Notes: generated from the sequence alone by a model not told the origin. DNA of 64,000 nucleotides from Nemertoderma westbladi (GCA_032718475.1 JAUCBJ010001771.1:1-64000), one strand, 5' to 3'; shown: positions 34,936 to 49,456, numbered from the stretch's first letter. Numbers and translations: made by a program.

Positions 34936-36483
34936 ATTGGGCAGTTGGGTCAGACAGTCGGTAGAAAACAGGTTAATCAGTTAATGAAAAAATTGTAAAA
35001 AGCGTTTCATAAAATACAAGCAGCGGTACCGTATACTGGTACTGTGGTATATATATAAATATATAAGCAGATAAGTGCTGAAGTGTTTTAGGCTAATGGG
35101 CGAACAGACGGTCCCCAAAGTAACAATACCCGCAGTAGTTATTACAGGCCTGCAGGCTGACCGGTACTGCAGCCAACACGAGTCTGTCAGTGTGTGGTCT
35201 GACAGTCTGATGGTAGAATGGACTGATGACAGCTGTAGCCAGGCTGCCAGGTGCCAGTGCCAGGTTGTGTTTTTATACACATGTCAGCATGTCACTCTGT
35301 CAGCCTGTATACCAATACTGGTGAACCGGTACAATAAATAACACATAACAGTAACAGTACCGGTAATACTACAGTTGTTAAAAATTCAGTGCCCCGTGCC
35401 CCTGAAACCAGAAAGAGCCGTCATCTGTATCACCCACTGCCCCACTGGCAGACTGGCGAGAGTTTCCCGAGAGTTCCGCACATCAAGTGTCGTTGCGTCA
35501 TTGCCTGGGACCAACTGACCTAATAACCAACTGTTCCGTTGGTCTGGTCGCAATAGCTATGGTTGCCGTTATAGGGTACCTCCAGTTGCCAGTCTCCAGA
35601 AGGCCGGCAAACTTATTTAGAAGCTCGTCGACTCTGGGAATTCGAAACACCAGACTGCCAGAGTCAGTCAGTCAGACAGTCAGTTGGAGTTTATGACTCG
35701 CCAACTTGAAGTACATTCAGACATTGTTCAAGACAAAGACATACTCAAAGGTTGATTATATGCATGGTCAGATGGTCGCAATCCAAGGCTATCCATCAAC
35801 ACAATCTCTGTATCTGTCCCGTGCAATTTTACAACGTAATTGGCCCAGGGGGGGGGGGGGTTCATTTTATAAATTTCTATTTATTTTAATTTCGATTTCG
35901 AAATTACAATTTCGATGGTATAAGGGTGAAGGGTTTTCGAGGTCGCTAATCACGATAAAACTTGTTAAAAATATTTTCTGGCAATGCAATCATCATTTTT
36001 GGTGTTATTTTGGCCCCCCAAGACGAAAAGTACAAGTAGCAAAAAATTTCAAACGTCAAAAATCTAATTTGTTGGATAATACAGTGTTTTTGATTTGAGT
36101 GTCATATTCGTGATCAGCGGCTTCAGTGCCCCAGAAAAGGAAAACCCATAATGGCTAAAACAGTAAAAATCAAGTTGAATTGTTAATGATTTTTGATTAT
36201 GAAATTTGTTCTACTTGTATTTTTCGTGCCGCTGCCGCACATTGACACATATCCAAAATTTCCACAATCAACAATATACAATATATTTCAGTATCATATT
36301 CGTGATCAGCATCCCAAAAAACCTATATGGTCATAAAATCAATTTGATTTTGTGGTGATTTTTCATTATCATATTTCCAGTACTTGTTTTTTTCGTGCCT
36401 CACTCTAAGAGGGCACATTCAAAATTACCATTTCAAATAATAATAATCATAATAATGTAATAACATAATACTGTAATAAGTAC

Positions 36484-37730
36484 GGGTGCTGGTCACCTCG
36501 CCGCACTGCCACTTCGCCGCAGGTCACCTCGCCGCAGATAATGTGCGGCGAGGTGTCTTTGCGGCGAGTTGTCTCACTGTGAATGCCATTTCGCCGCAAA
36601 TTATCGGACACCTCGCCGCAAGTCAATATTAATCATTTATTTCTATATTTACAGGGAAGCCTAGTTATGGCAGAATGGCATTGGACATTATGTATTATAA
36701 GAAGAAATAAAATAATACGGTCAGACGGTAAGGTTTGTTGTTCTATTATAATTACTGTATTATTATAGATACAGTAAGAGTATTATGAGTAACGTATTAA
36801 AAATGCCTCGAGAATAGTGAAAAAAAGTTCTACTTTTTTCCCATGTAATAAATAATTATTTGTTGGAATTTCTTAAATTTGTCCTGGCGATTTGGTAGTG
36901 TGATATTAATTCCACACAAATAAATAAAATTGGTAATGTAAGAAATTAAAAAAGTTATAATATTTAATGCAATATTATTTATTACTATTAATGCCATGGA
37001 AATTAATTTGAAATGTAATTCGACCATAATTTTGCTCTTAACAAAAAAAGTGACTGACAACAAATATAAGTATATCAATCCACTAAGAACATTACATTTG
37101 TAATTAAGATTTAACATAAACATACAGTATTAACCTTATTACATTATGTTGTCTTACTTCCGTTTCCGTACTTAGTTACCGGTACTGCATTACAAAAACT
37201 ACGTGAACGCATTGTACATGTACGTAAATAGTTATTGTTACATTATGTCAACTTAACAGCTTTCTGGTGAATTACTCGTAACGCTGCAAAGTAATCAATG
37301 ACTGACATGGAAAGGAAACAACTTCAATGACCGTATTCTGATCTGACCTCTATGTCAGAATACTCATTGTCATTCTGTCATTCATAGTCCTCTATATGAA
37401 TCTCTATGACCGTATTTTACTATAATATAATACGTTACTCAAATACTCTTACTGTATCTATAATAACATGTAATATAATACAGTAATTATAATAGAACAA
37501 CAAACCTTACCGTATTATTTTATTTCTTCTTATAATAATGTCCAATGCCATAAGTAGGCTTTCCTGCAGTCCTGTAAATATAGAAATAAATGATTAATAT
37601 TGAAGTGCGGCGAGGTGTCCGATAGTTTGCGGCGAAATGGCATTCACAGTGAGACACCTCGCCGCACATTATCTGCGGCGAGATGACTTGCGGCGAAGTG
37701 GCAGTGCGGCGAGGTGACCAGCCTGCACCC
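36484..37730. mobile_element. MITE with ~320-bp TIRs rich in CTCGCCGCA motifs
   Basis: 36484-36800 is the reverse complement of ~37430-37730. No clean TSD seen. Confidence 0.8.
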
Positions 37731-38337
37731 ATTTATAAACACAAAAATATAGAAAACAATACATGAATGCAACAGATAATTGAAAAACTAATACAGCAGT
37801 ACAGTAATACCAGAAATAGATTCTCCATAATTTTTTACCCCAGACTGCCAGAATGTGCATGTTTATCATTCAAACTGGTTACTCAGTCTCTACTCTCTAG
37901 TAACAAAAACAACAAACAACATGGCCTTCGCTAGCGAAGTCTGGATTTACTGTGTGCCAGTGCAGTGCAGTCCTTGCTTCAGTAGTCCTTGCAGCCTTGA
38001 TTTGAACTTATCAAGGCTTCTAGTGCAGTAGTGCTGTGTAGTGCTGTAGTGGGCCAGGACTTGCAGTCTTGTATTGGAATACCGTAATATTGTAATACTG
38101 CATGCTGTACAGTACAGCTGCTGTTAATACAGTGATAGGCCTACCTATACTGCAGTACTGTATCTATCTGTCAGTCTGTCTGTTTACAGGTTATGTTACA
38201 TATACATGTTAATCTTCTGATCTTACTGATATAACCATATCCAAATATCGGACCGGCAGACCGGTATTCCTACTGCCCTACTCTACTGCACTACACTGCC
38301 TACCCAAACGCAAACCCAATCAACAATTGTTGTAACG

Positions 38338-41300
38338 ATGGATAGCAGAGGAGATTTTGAAGAAGTTGAAACAGCTGACGATAGAGAACTTTGCGAATGT
38401 CTCATTGTTTGGATACGAACTTTCTCTCCACCTAGTTCCTGCAACGAAGTCTCGGATCTTACAGACGGAATGGTTTTATGTTTTTGTCTCAACAAAATAG
38501 ACTCAAACTTTTTCGACGATATGTGGCAGTCGAGTCTGGCCCCGGAGACGTCTAATTGGCGATTGAAAGCTAGTAATTTGCGACGGATAGTCCAGGGTAT
38601 GCGCGATTATTACACATTCTACATCCATAAAGGGTTGACAGACTTTCCGTACCCGGACGTTGAGCGGATTGCGGAATTATCCGACATTAAGCATTGTGGC
38701 CGATTGCTGCAACTATTCCTCGGGTGCGCGATGTACTGCGACTACAAACAGGACTACATCGAACGGATACTCCACCTTGACGAACGTGTTCAGCACGTTG
38801 TAATGAACGCGATTCAGGATCTCATAGACATGGAGTTCGAAGTTGACGAGGGAGAGGACAGTAAGACGGACGATTCCTTGTCGGACTACCGTCTTAAACG
38901 CTCTCTGGAGGACTCGCAACGCCTGTCGTTGGAGAACCGTCAGCTGATTAATAAACTCCACGAGAGCGAATCCTTAAAGCAACTTATAGACGAGGAAAAA
39001 TCCCAACTGAAGTTGGAGAATCTTAAACTGAGGGGTGAAGATTCCGGGGCGGAATCGGTTTACCCCGGGGACACTCGGCAGTATCAGCAGCTCCACAGCA
39101 AAGCGGAGCAACTGCTAGCCGAGAACTACCGGGTGGAGGCATCGCGGGAGGATTTACTGATGAAGAACGAAGCTTACGAGACCTCCATAAAGGAACTACA
39201 GGCCAAGGTTGAAGAGTTTGAGGTCCTTGCCAAGCACAGTCAGGAGTTTAAGGACGAGTTGGATGTGTTACGGAACAACAGCGATAAGATGGCCAAGTAC
39301 GAGCGGGAAATAGATCAGTACAAGAAGAAACTGTCTGAGATGGCGGACACCCGCAAACAGGTCCGCCATTAAATATTATAAGTATAGTACAGTAATACGC
39401 CAATAGATCACAAATTCACGTGTTTTCTCCCAATTTTAGTGAAACAAAATCTAGCAGTAGTATCATTACAGTATCACTTTCAACTAATAAACTATGGCAG
39501 TTTGGCCATTCCCTCCCTCACTATATTTTTACGTAGCCTTTTGCTACTATCAGTCAGCCAGGCAGTATATCAACACATATTACACCAATCAATATTTATA
39601 TTATATAATATCGGTAATAGTAACGTGTATTTAATTATTTCTACTTCTCACAGATGCGGCAGCTGGAGGATAAGAATTCCGAGTACGTCCGTGTCAACGT
39701 GGAGTTGGAAGAGGAGTTAGGTCGGGCCCAGGTATACCGGGCGCAATGCGAGAGTTACAAGGTTCAACTACAGGACGCCCAATCTCGGATACTCGAGGAC
39801 AGTAAAGCTATAGATAAAGGCGAGTTCGAAGCAAAGAAACTACAGGTATGATGGTTTATTAACCTTTACTTTGTTCGCTCAAGTAAATAGAATAGGATAG
39901 GCCATATCAGTTTCCAATTTTTATTTTTTTAATTACAGTAAGTATAGAAGATATATGTATCATTTTGTATTTAATATTATATATTTTGATTTCTCTGATA
40001 TATCGCGATACTCTGCTTCCCAATTATTTACGAAGATGTCGAATCAATACAATAGGTAAAGTCATGATGATTGCGGGCCATCAGAATACCCATTTTTATA
40101 ATATATGACACATACTGGGTGGGATTTACTGCTATAATATCCCCTGTATTGTATTGTAAGGACTTAAGATGCTATCGGGTAATATTAACTGTAATTTATT
40201 GTTTTAGTTAAAATAACGTGTCATTGTAACCTGCTCCTTTCCCTTAATTGACTATTTAACATGTTAAATCGCTGAGACGAGAATTGTTTCAATAGACTAC
40301 CATCTTAATACTTTACTCACAGACACAAGTTATTTATTTGAGACACGACGGGTCGCTATTCAGGGTCAGCCTCTCCATAAATCTCGCACAATCGGCTCGT
40401 ACGTCCTCGTCTTTTATGAATCGTCTTCCAGCCCAGCCAACACAAAATCCCTCGGCCCGTCGACCAATAGGATGACGCCGGTCGTCCATTTACATAACCT
40501 GCGACTGAAGCTCATCACTTACATTGTTGATTATTCATTATATATTTCAGTGTTGGTTTTATTAATTTTACTATTTACTACACCTATTATACAGGGGCCA
40601 AAAGTCTCCCCCCCATATTAATAAATTGTTATATTTGTATTGGATTTTCAGGAGAAGATAAAGCATCTCAACGACATTGTTGATAAGTTAAGGAAGGATA
40701 ACGAAGACCTCAAAGACATCGTGGAGGATCTGGACGGTAACGACGCGAGTTACGACCGTCTCAACACGTCGGGACGGCCGATGTCGGCGTCGCCGATGTT
40801 GGAGCTGATACCGTCGGAAGTTCGGGAGCGGATCGTTAAACTCCAACACGAGAACGAGTCACTGCGCTCGCAACTCGCCAATCGGACGGGAGAACAGGTC
40901 GCGGTGCTGCAATGCGTCGCAGACGACGCGAGGGCGCGGGTTGAGGACCTGGAAGGGGAGCTGCGAGAGGCGAACCAGAAGGTAATCCGGCTGGAATCCG
41001 AACTCGAAGATTATAAAGTCGCGGCGAAGTCGACGAGCAGTGTGGACGAGTTGGAGAAGCGATGGAAGAAGCGGCATAACGACCTACAGGAGAGGAACAA
41101 CTGGTTGCAGACGGAGAACCAACGGCAGAACAAATCGGTGATCGCCTTGGATAAAAAGATTGTCTCGGCTAATGCGAGTATCGACGGACTCAATGAGCAG
41201 CTGGCCAAGAACGAACACGAGAAAGGCGTGATGGAAGAACGATACCGGAAGTACTTAGAGAAAGCGCGGAGCGTTATAAAGACGTTGGATCCGCGACACA

Positions 41301-41587
41301 ACCCGCAGATAGTTGGCGATCTAGAGAATCTCAGGTCGGCTAATCGCGAGATGGAACAGCGTATCAAACAGCTGGAGACAGAGAGGGAGCGACAGAAGGT
41401 AGCCAGGGAGTCCGAAGAGAAGCTAATAGTGTCCGCGTGGTACAACATGGGTATGCAGGTACACCGGAGGTCCGTGGAGGACAGACTGTCGGGTTTCTCA
41501 TTCCATCGGGTCCCCGGCTCCTCCAACGATCGATATTCATCCGCCAGCGGCCCGACTTCCCGATACAGAAGTTCCCATCCACCTTAA
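38338..41587 (+). CDS. HOOK: Hook-family microtubule/dynein cargo adaptor, ~716 aa; exons 38338-39360, 39654-39845, 40652-41587
   Basis: N-terminal Hook domain (DLTDG...NWRLKASNL...GRLLQLFLGCA...VQHVVMNAIQ), long coiled coil, C-terminal YLEKARSVIKTLDP and EEKLIVSAWYNMG. GT-AG phase-0 introns join the three ORF pieces in frame. Confidence 0.93.
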
Positions 41588-42408
41588 TTAATAAGATCCA
41601 CCCCAACCAATCCTTTCATTTATAACAGATCGCTACTGAGTTCTCCTATAGTAATTAGGTTTTAATTTATTGTTCGATTTTCGAAATATGTTGAATTCAA
41701 TGCGAAACTGTTTTTGATTTATTTTTAATCTTTTAGACGGTATAATTTCCTATTTTATTAACAGGTATTTAAATTATTGTTGTAAAGCAGAATAAAGTGA
41801 AATTGTAATGTTACCATTATTACTCTATCCAATCTAAATTCATTTTTTTAAAAGTATAAATTGCCATTATATTCTGGTGCCATAATAGACAATTAACTAA
41901 AGTAATTATTTTTTAATTAGGCAGCAGCTTATTGTTGGCCATAACTTCGCGATTTTCGATCGTACGGAGCTGATTTTGGGCTCATTCTGTTCGGAATATA
42001 ACGATTTTATTCTAATCCACTTATAATTTCGTAATTTGGTTATTTCTTATTCAAAAACGCTTAGAAATAAATACAACTTTTTCCAATTTCTGTTTCAACA
42101 TAAATTTATAAATTTTAACATACATAAACAACATACTGTGCATTAACATAAATTTTAACATACATTTATGTTTATGTTTCGACATTTCGCACTGTAATGG
42201 ATCAGTAATTGCTGATTTCAGAAATTTACAGGTTTATATTTCGCAGCATTGCAATAATTTTGTATTATTAATGAACGTAATACAGTAAAATGAGTACAAT
42301 AAATGTATTATTACAAAATATCTGGACGGAATCTATTATCTAATTTATGTTTAAACATCCCATATAATGTAACCTAAGAGGCAGAATATAGTGCGTGTTG
42401 CTATGGCA

Positions 42409-44262
42409 TAGAGTTGCAACAAAGACCTGTTTTTCTTAATCCCGGTAAACCAGAGCCCTACCCGGAGAATTATTTTGAAAAATACCGGAGACCAGAGCCA
42501 GAGATCAGAGACTTTGCTTATTTTTGTGCTTACAATTTGATTAGTCCCATAAAGCATAAACAGGTATATATGGACTGATAACTATTTTTCTATGGTTCAA
42601 TTACAGTAAATCCAACCCATTTCAACCCTTACTTAAACCATGGGAAGAAAATAAGCGCACGTACAGTTTGGAGAGCTTAATTAATATTAATTTGGTTATT
42701 TGTTTATTAATTTGTTGTTAATAATATGTTACATAAATTTGTTTTGTGCCATTATAGGTACCGGTACTTTGTTAATTAAAGGCATTTATTTTACAATTAT
42801 TGTTCAAAACATTGCATTATATTTCATGCGTTATAGGCGAGTCAATCTAGCTGAAAAAGGGGGTCAACCCATAACAAATTCGCAATTGACCCAAACCAAT
42901 TTTTTTTTATTCTAAATTACCTTGTTAATACCCCCCAAAAAGTCTATAAAAATATATTATGCGGATCACTTTCAATTTGCTGTTTCTTTCCTTAGCAACG
43001 TGGATTTTACATAGCAACAAGGGGTCTAGTGGTGGGATTTTCTCCAAATTTGGTATAGACAAACTTTACTCTAATGACTATCGATTAACAGAAGTATGCA
43101 CTTCTAGATAGTTACCAATTTAGTTTCCAGAGCAACGGAAATTTGTCTAATAATTTTACCATTTTTAATACCAATTTTGCTGTTACAATATAAGGACCTT
43201 ATTTACACAACTTCTCTACTAAACGGGTGGATGTAACCACGCCCATCGGATTTATCGACCTCAAAAACCCTTATCCCCAAAAAATTTATTTGTTATATGA
43301 TAAACTATTGTGATTTTCAAACTAAAACAAATAAATAAATTACACCTAAAATCAATAGAGTAATCACAATTTAATAATGTGTAAAATCTTCACTAACATT
43401 AATGGAAATTATGAAATTTCCTTGCGGTGGAAATGTATGATTTTTTACAACGGTTTCCTTAATATATCGTAAAATTTTTGATATATTTAAAAATTCGATG
43501 CGACTTCTAGTTTCCGAGATATAGCAATTAATGTGTATCACGCCTGTGTAAATATTACTAAATTCCCATTGAATCACAGCTTATTGTGAAATTAATTAAA
43601 TTATTCTGGAACATCACCAATTTGCTACTTACCTTTCCCTACTGTTCCTTTTGTTTGGCTTGTCTTATGCAAATTTACGCAGAATTTCCATGAATAAACA
43701 TATGATCCGCAAATTAAAATTTTATAGACTTTTTTTGGTCATTAATAAGGTAATATAGAATCCAAAATGTGTGGTTCGGATTGATTGCGAAATACTTATG
43801 GGTTTTTTGCTAGATTGACTCGACTATTATATAAATACATTATAAGTGCTCAAATTAAGCACCCTTATCCTTAAATAAGAACTGTAGGTGCTAATTTAAC
43901 TTTAAATTAAACGCACCTTAAATGAATTAAATATAAGATTATCGGTACATTTAGTTTGAGTCAGATTTAGAGTTAGATTAAAAATAGTGGAAAAGTGAAT
44001 ATATAATTTTTTTGAAGCGGAGTATTAAAAATAGTTCAAAATTAAAGAAATTAATAATTGTAAAAAATTTGTGAAAAACATCTTAATTTCACATTTTGTG
44101 TTGTACAGGATCTATTTTTAAATAACTATTTCTAATTTGTAAAATCACTGATCTCTGGGTAAAATGTCTGTTTTCAATACCCGGGAACCAGAGACCTATC
44201 CGGAGACCAAAAAATAGCACGGAGAATCCAGAGATCAGTGACAAGTCTCTGTTTCAACTCTA
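42409..44262. mobile_element. hAT-like non-autonomous element (8-bp TSD CTATGGCA)
   Basis: TIR TAGAGTTGCAACAAAGAC and GTCTCTGTTTCAACTCTA. CTATGGCA at 42401-42408 and 44263-44270. Confidence 0.82.
42834..43826. mobile_element. TAG-terminated MITE with 3-bp TSD TTA (Academ-like ends; family uncertain)
   Basis: TAGGCGAGTCAATCTAGC and GCTAGATTGACTCGACTA, with TTA on both flanks. Further degenerate inverted similarity extends inward. Confidence 0.65.
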
Positions 44263-46551
44263 CTATGGCAACTTTCCACCATATTTAAATTGTTAAAACT
44301 AAATTCGTTTATTTAACATTTACACGATTCCGATAATTTATTATTACAGATAAACAACGATTTGGATGCAATGCCGCAAAATAAAAACGCTAAACCCATA
44401 GATTTTTGAAACCAGTAATTATTTCTCAATTAGAGTGCAAAATCTCGAATGTTTAAACATGATTTTGAAAAAGATGTATTTTTTAGCAGCGTTTTTTAAT
44501 GAGAAAAAATAAAAAGATTCCGAAGTTGTAAGTGGATTTGAATAAAATCGTTATATTCCGAACAGAATGAGCCCAAAATCAGCTCCGTGCGATCGAAACT
44601 CGCGAAGTTATGGCCAACAATAAGCTGCTGCCTAATTTAATAAATGAACTTTAAGTACATTGTTTTTTTTGTTAACAAAATGTAAATAAAATGTGTTTAT
44701 GGTAGATGCTAGGTGCCGTTAATCTTTCTTTATGTTGCTGAATTTTGTGTTTAGGTCATATTATGTGACAATCGGCTCGCAGTATAATTTGGGTGCCCAT
44801 TTTATAGGTTTGTTTCTGGGTGAGTAACATATATGAACCACTCAGTCAATTAAATTGAGTTTGTATAACAATTCTATATCGATTTTTCACATATAGATTG
44901 TATTTATTTAAACACTAACTAGATCAGCATTACGGGCTACTTATTATTATTCCAGGTGTTTTTTATCTGTTGTTATATTTTTTAAGTGTTTGTTTGTGGT
45001 AATTATAATTTTTTCTAATCTCTACTGGTTTATTATAGTTATATTCCATAAGTAAATTCTATCTGTACAGCGTTTTGTTAGAGCAATGCTATAAATTCCC
45101 CCTTAACTTACAAGCGGTTGATGTTTTTATTTTAATAATTACTTACATTACATATTTTTAATTAATAAACTAATTTACATTTCTTCTCTATCTGTAATGA
45201 AAACCTGTTATTAATTTATTCAATCTAATTTATTTTAGTTGTGAACTGCGTGCGTAGAAAGCTATTATTAATGGTTTCTTGTGTTATTTTTTCTTTAACT
45301 ATAAATACTTTTTAATGTAATCTATATTCTATATTGATAATTCATAATCTAATAATTTACTGCGTATTTTTTATTTCACCTTTTTGCATTGTTAAGCAAT
45401 AAGAATAAAAATAGAATTAGTTACCACGGATTATAACTGTTTTTTTATATTCTAATAAGTCTAATAACTGCCCATACTTGAACAGTGCAGACCCCATAAC
45501 CCATTTCTAGGGGAACATCCACTGCGCTACGAGGTATCTGATACGATGTATCGGAATTGATGCAGAATCCATTGTATTGTCATTTTAAATTATCTCGTAA
45601 ATTTTCTGTAGAAGAAAGAGGTCCAGTTTAGCATGTGCACCGCAAGCAGGTTTTTATTAAATGGTACCCTATTTAAAATTAACATAGACAATGAAATAAA
45701 AGACAATACAACATCCTTGGAGCGGTAAAGTTGGCAGATACTTAGCAAACTTACACTTTTAGGGAGGGGGGGGGGGGGGGGGGTCAATAATGGCAAATAG
45801 TTGTTGCGTTATTGTTACCATTTTAACATGTATGAACTTAGATTTAAAGCTGTCGAGTTGTAAATTTGTAGGCTTTTTGATTTTATTCCGTTCAAGCTGA
45901 AACTTACAGATTTGTACTACCGGTAGACTATTTATTATCTGTGTCATACAAAGGAGGCTGATCCGTCTGCAGTTTTCTAGTCTGCCGCCAGAGGTCAAAA
46001 TTGTCTGTAGTGATACAAGTCTGCCGCTAGAGGGCGAAACGTCTTTCCGCCATTTTTTTCAAAATGTCCGCTGTGAAAAGTTTCTAAACGGCGAGGAAAA
46101 ATTTAGAAAATCTCTAATTTGTTTAGAAAACAAAAATAATTTGCCCAATGGCGAATTTCAAAGATTAATTTTGAAAAATATGCCATGCATTACTTCCTGT
46201 GTGGCTTTGATTTCTACTTTATTCAACCATACGGTATTGTACTGGTAAGTCGTATGTCGTATATGTCATAAGTCAAAATAAATTATGGCACACATTGGTT
46301 ACAATTCAATGGGAGCGCTTCCACTGGTATGTCATACTCATAAGCTGTTTCTTAAGACTTCTTGGGTACCAGCAAGCCAGAAAATATTGTACAGCAATTT
46401 ATGGTGTTCCATTAAATGTTAGGCGCATCTTATAATTATTAAGGAAAGACTTATGACTTACCAGTAGAGCACGGGAGATATGCCTACTTTTGACATTGAC
46501 GGACTCGGACAAAATCAGAAAGCGACTTATGACATACGACTCATGAGTTAC

Positions 46552-47733
46552 TGTTCGCGCTTTTGAAGACCTTTAGCAGTTTAACCTGCCAAAATTTATA
46601 TGTCTTTTAGTTAATTAACACACCTTTAGCATACGACAATATTTTATGCTAATAAACAAAACATTAGCCGAAGCCAGCCCATGCGCGATCATTCACCCGA
46701 TGGATCTACACCCGGGAGGCTGAATTCGGATGCTTAGATTTTATTATTGCAGTGTAAGGTTGCAGTGTAAACCTATTGTATTATTCGATAGATCACTAAT
46801 AATTAATTTCTGACAGATATTATTAACTTTCGGGAAATATTAACAGTTCCTTTAGGACGTGGCGCTCTATCTATTTAAACAGAGCTAGGACTTATACTAA
46901 ACGCAACGATAAGGCTTATGATTAAAGTATAAGTCGCATTCTTTAGGAAATGCTTTGTTACCAGTCACATCACACTCACAATCATGCACACTATTCTGCC
47001 GACCGTCAGTATATTTGATCACACATAAAGAGAACAGCAATTGAATCAGGTAGTGTCTACTAAATAACATTAGATTCAATACACACCACATTGATATAAA
47101 TCGCAATTGTTATATATAGCCTGTCTCTCTAACCTGTAGTGTATCAAGAAATTGGGAAATTTGGGTGATTTATCAATATTCTCCAAATGACAATATTTCA
47201 TCAACAAATCGATACAATTAATAACTGACGGCAAATAGCAGTACAAACAATATGATTAGTGCAGTTAAATTAAGTGAGGTAACACCGCCGGTAACAGTTA
47301 TACTTTCTATAATCTAAGCAGTTTTACTAGAGTTGTTCCAAAAGCCGGTGTTATGGCGAAAAATGGGAACACAACAACAGAAACATGTGACTACTACTCT
47401 ATACGAAGATACCAACTCCCTTATTCCACGAAGCTCCCGTTCAACACAGAGGATGAGCATAGAGATAGGAAATTCAGTTCAGTAGCGCTGGGATAGGTCG
47501 AAATCAACGCCTACGCAAATTCTATTGGCCGACACGGACAGCAAGGCTTAGGCAACCTCTCTAGGCTAGTTGGCCGATTAAACTGAGCCCAGATATCTCC
47601 GTACAGCACATCAGCCAATAAGCCGGTAGCTTGCACTATTTTAGTTATAAATCCCTTTGAGAGTATTCTAGCGACTGGGGGGGAACTGGCCAGCAAAGGC
47701 AAACGTATCAGTTATCCCACAAAAGCTTTTACA
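46552..47733 (-). repeat. E2 3' LTR
   Basis: Direct copy of 57154-58335 (offset 10602). Only two differences noticed by eye. Confidence 0.95.
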
Positions 47734-47811
47734 CCGCTCCCAGAAAATGGGATTTAAGTCTATAAAATATACAAAATCACAGTTTCTAAAATATAAAAAT
47801 ACTCTAAACAG

Positions 47812-48659
47812 TTAGTCTTTCTTGCGCGGACGGCGTTTACGCAGTTTTTTAAAGCTAGCAAGAGTCCTTTTCTCTTTGGGGCGAGCCACTTTACGAGGAG
47901 GGCTATAACTCCTGGGTGAAGGGTGCAATATGATTGCATCAGAAGGTGTGGGATTGCGATCGGTATATCCGCCGGTCGAAGTACCGGGTTGATTAATATC
48001 AACGTCCGGGAAGAGGGGTCTAACGGCTTTGAGAGCTCGTTTCAAGACAGCCGCTCTTACGGGTCCTTTACGAGTGGTCTGAACGAGGGCCGTGGGTGGA
48101 CCATAGGCAGTTAGAAACTTCCTTGGTTTAATGGTTCTTTCCAACTCACGTTCGCGGGCTCTGTACTCGTAAGGCCGTCGATATACTTCTTGTAACTCAG
48201 GTGGGAGTTGACGAATAAGTCTCCATAGGCAGGGTCTTGACGGATAAAGTTTATTAAGTTGTAAGAATGGATGTCACTCGGATTAATGCTCCTGAGAAAT
48301 TTGCGTACATATTTGGTTGAAATACATTCTCCAACGCGCTTCAATAGTTCATAACTTGATAGGCGCGATTTCTGCTCGACGGAGGCAAACAACTAAGGAT
48401 GGAACGCATAAACTCCTTCGTAAGCGCGTCCAGGATAATAGCGATGGCGTGAATCACAATGTAAATCAGCGTTCGCTTCCCAAGCTCTGATATAACGTAG
48501 TACAATCATTTCATCTACGCTCTCTAAATCATGGTTAAAGGGACAATCAAAGCTGGCGTGTCCTTTTAATTGACAATGATGGCATTGAGTCATAAATTGG
48601 GGGCAGACAGCAAAAATGTGCAAATTATTAAGCCGACAATATGCACAATAGATTTCCAT
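47812..48659 (-). pseudogene. E2 accessory ORF-B (two CCHC-type motifs, basic tail), with one stop and one frameshift
   Basis: MEIYCAYC...CHHCQLKGHASFDC...AFHP*LFASVEQK...NSH(frameshift)...KKLRKRRPRKKD. The lesions are at different positions from the E1 stop. Confidence 0.8.
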
Positions 48660-48860
48660 CGACGGTTGCTCGTGGAAATAGGAACAGATATCGTTGGTGT
48701 CCATAGACGTAATATGGTCTCTCGATGCGCACAGCCGACAACGTTGTCGAGAAACATAATTGGCGTGGCGATATTCGTACGCAGTGAGACACTGTGGACC
48801 TTGATACCATTCTAGGATGTAATCGTTGTCGCTGTTCCGAGCGCGATAGGCTGAATCTCC

Positions 48861-49259
48861 TCAGATTCTAGACATATTGGTTCGTCTTCCCAGTCTGTTA
48901 CGAATAGAATTTTCGTGATCTATTCTCGGTTTATCGTTACGACGCCGCTGGGTATGATATTTAAATAGAACCATTTCCCTTTCGGTGTCTACATCGTCCG
49001 TATCATGTAAATCGATAGGATGGCCGGTAGTTAAGAAGTCCATATACGTACCATTACAATGCGTATAGCGAGCGGTTAATTTTCGATAGTCCAATTCACG
49101 CGTAAGTTGCTCCTGGGACATCGGCGGTTCGATATAACGACCATCGTCCTCCGTAATAGTCGGATCGGCTTCACCGCGTATCAAGCTATCCACAAACGCT
49201 TGTAAAGGTAGAGTATATCGCTCTCTAATACCAAGGTCATCTTCTATCAATTCCGTCAT
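48861..49259 (-). CDS. E2 accessory ORF-A, 132-aa protein of unknown function
   Basis: Intact ORF homologous to 15641-16018. Confidence 0.75.
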   Translation of the reverse strand: MTELIEDDLGIRERYTLPLQAFVDSLIRGEADPTITEDDGRYIEPPMSQEQLTRELDYRKLTARYTHCNGTYMDFLTTGHPIDLHDTDDVDTEREMVLFKYHTQRRRNDKPRIDHENSIRNRLGRRTNMSRI

Positions 49260-49302
49260 ATCTGCTATCTGAGTTTATTAATATCAATATGAGTTAATAT
49301 TT

Positions 49303-49456
49303 TAGGCAAGCGGGCGTCGCTGCCTACTAGGCTTTTGCCCCCGGACAGTGGGTTTCTCAGCGCCGATGTACCGCTGTCGCAGTGTTTACGCCAACATGTA
49401 GCAACAGCACGACAACGATAACCGGCACAAGTCCCACCACTGTCCGTCCCAAAGGC
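49303..49456 (-). other. E2 copy of the structured RNA element upstream of ORF-A
   Basis: On the - strand: GGACAGTGG/CCACTGTCC, GTGCCGGT/ATCGGCGC, TATCGTTGTCGT/GCGACAGCGGTA, TAGGCA/TGCCTA. Confidence 0.7.

Larger units (their letters stand above)
41919..44633. mobile_element. TIR element with >110-bp TIRs (outer layer of a three-level nest)
   Basis: AGGCAGCAGCTTATTGTTGGCCATAACTTCGCGA...TTCGGAATATAACGATTTTATTC inverted at both ends. Flanked by AATT, so the exact end and TSD are ambiguous. Confidence 0.82.
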
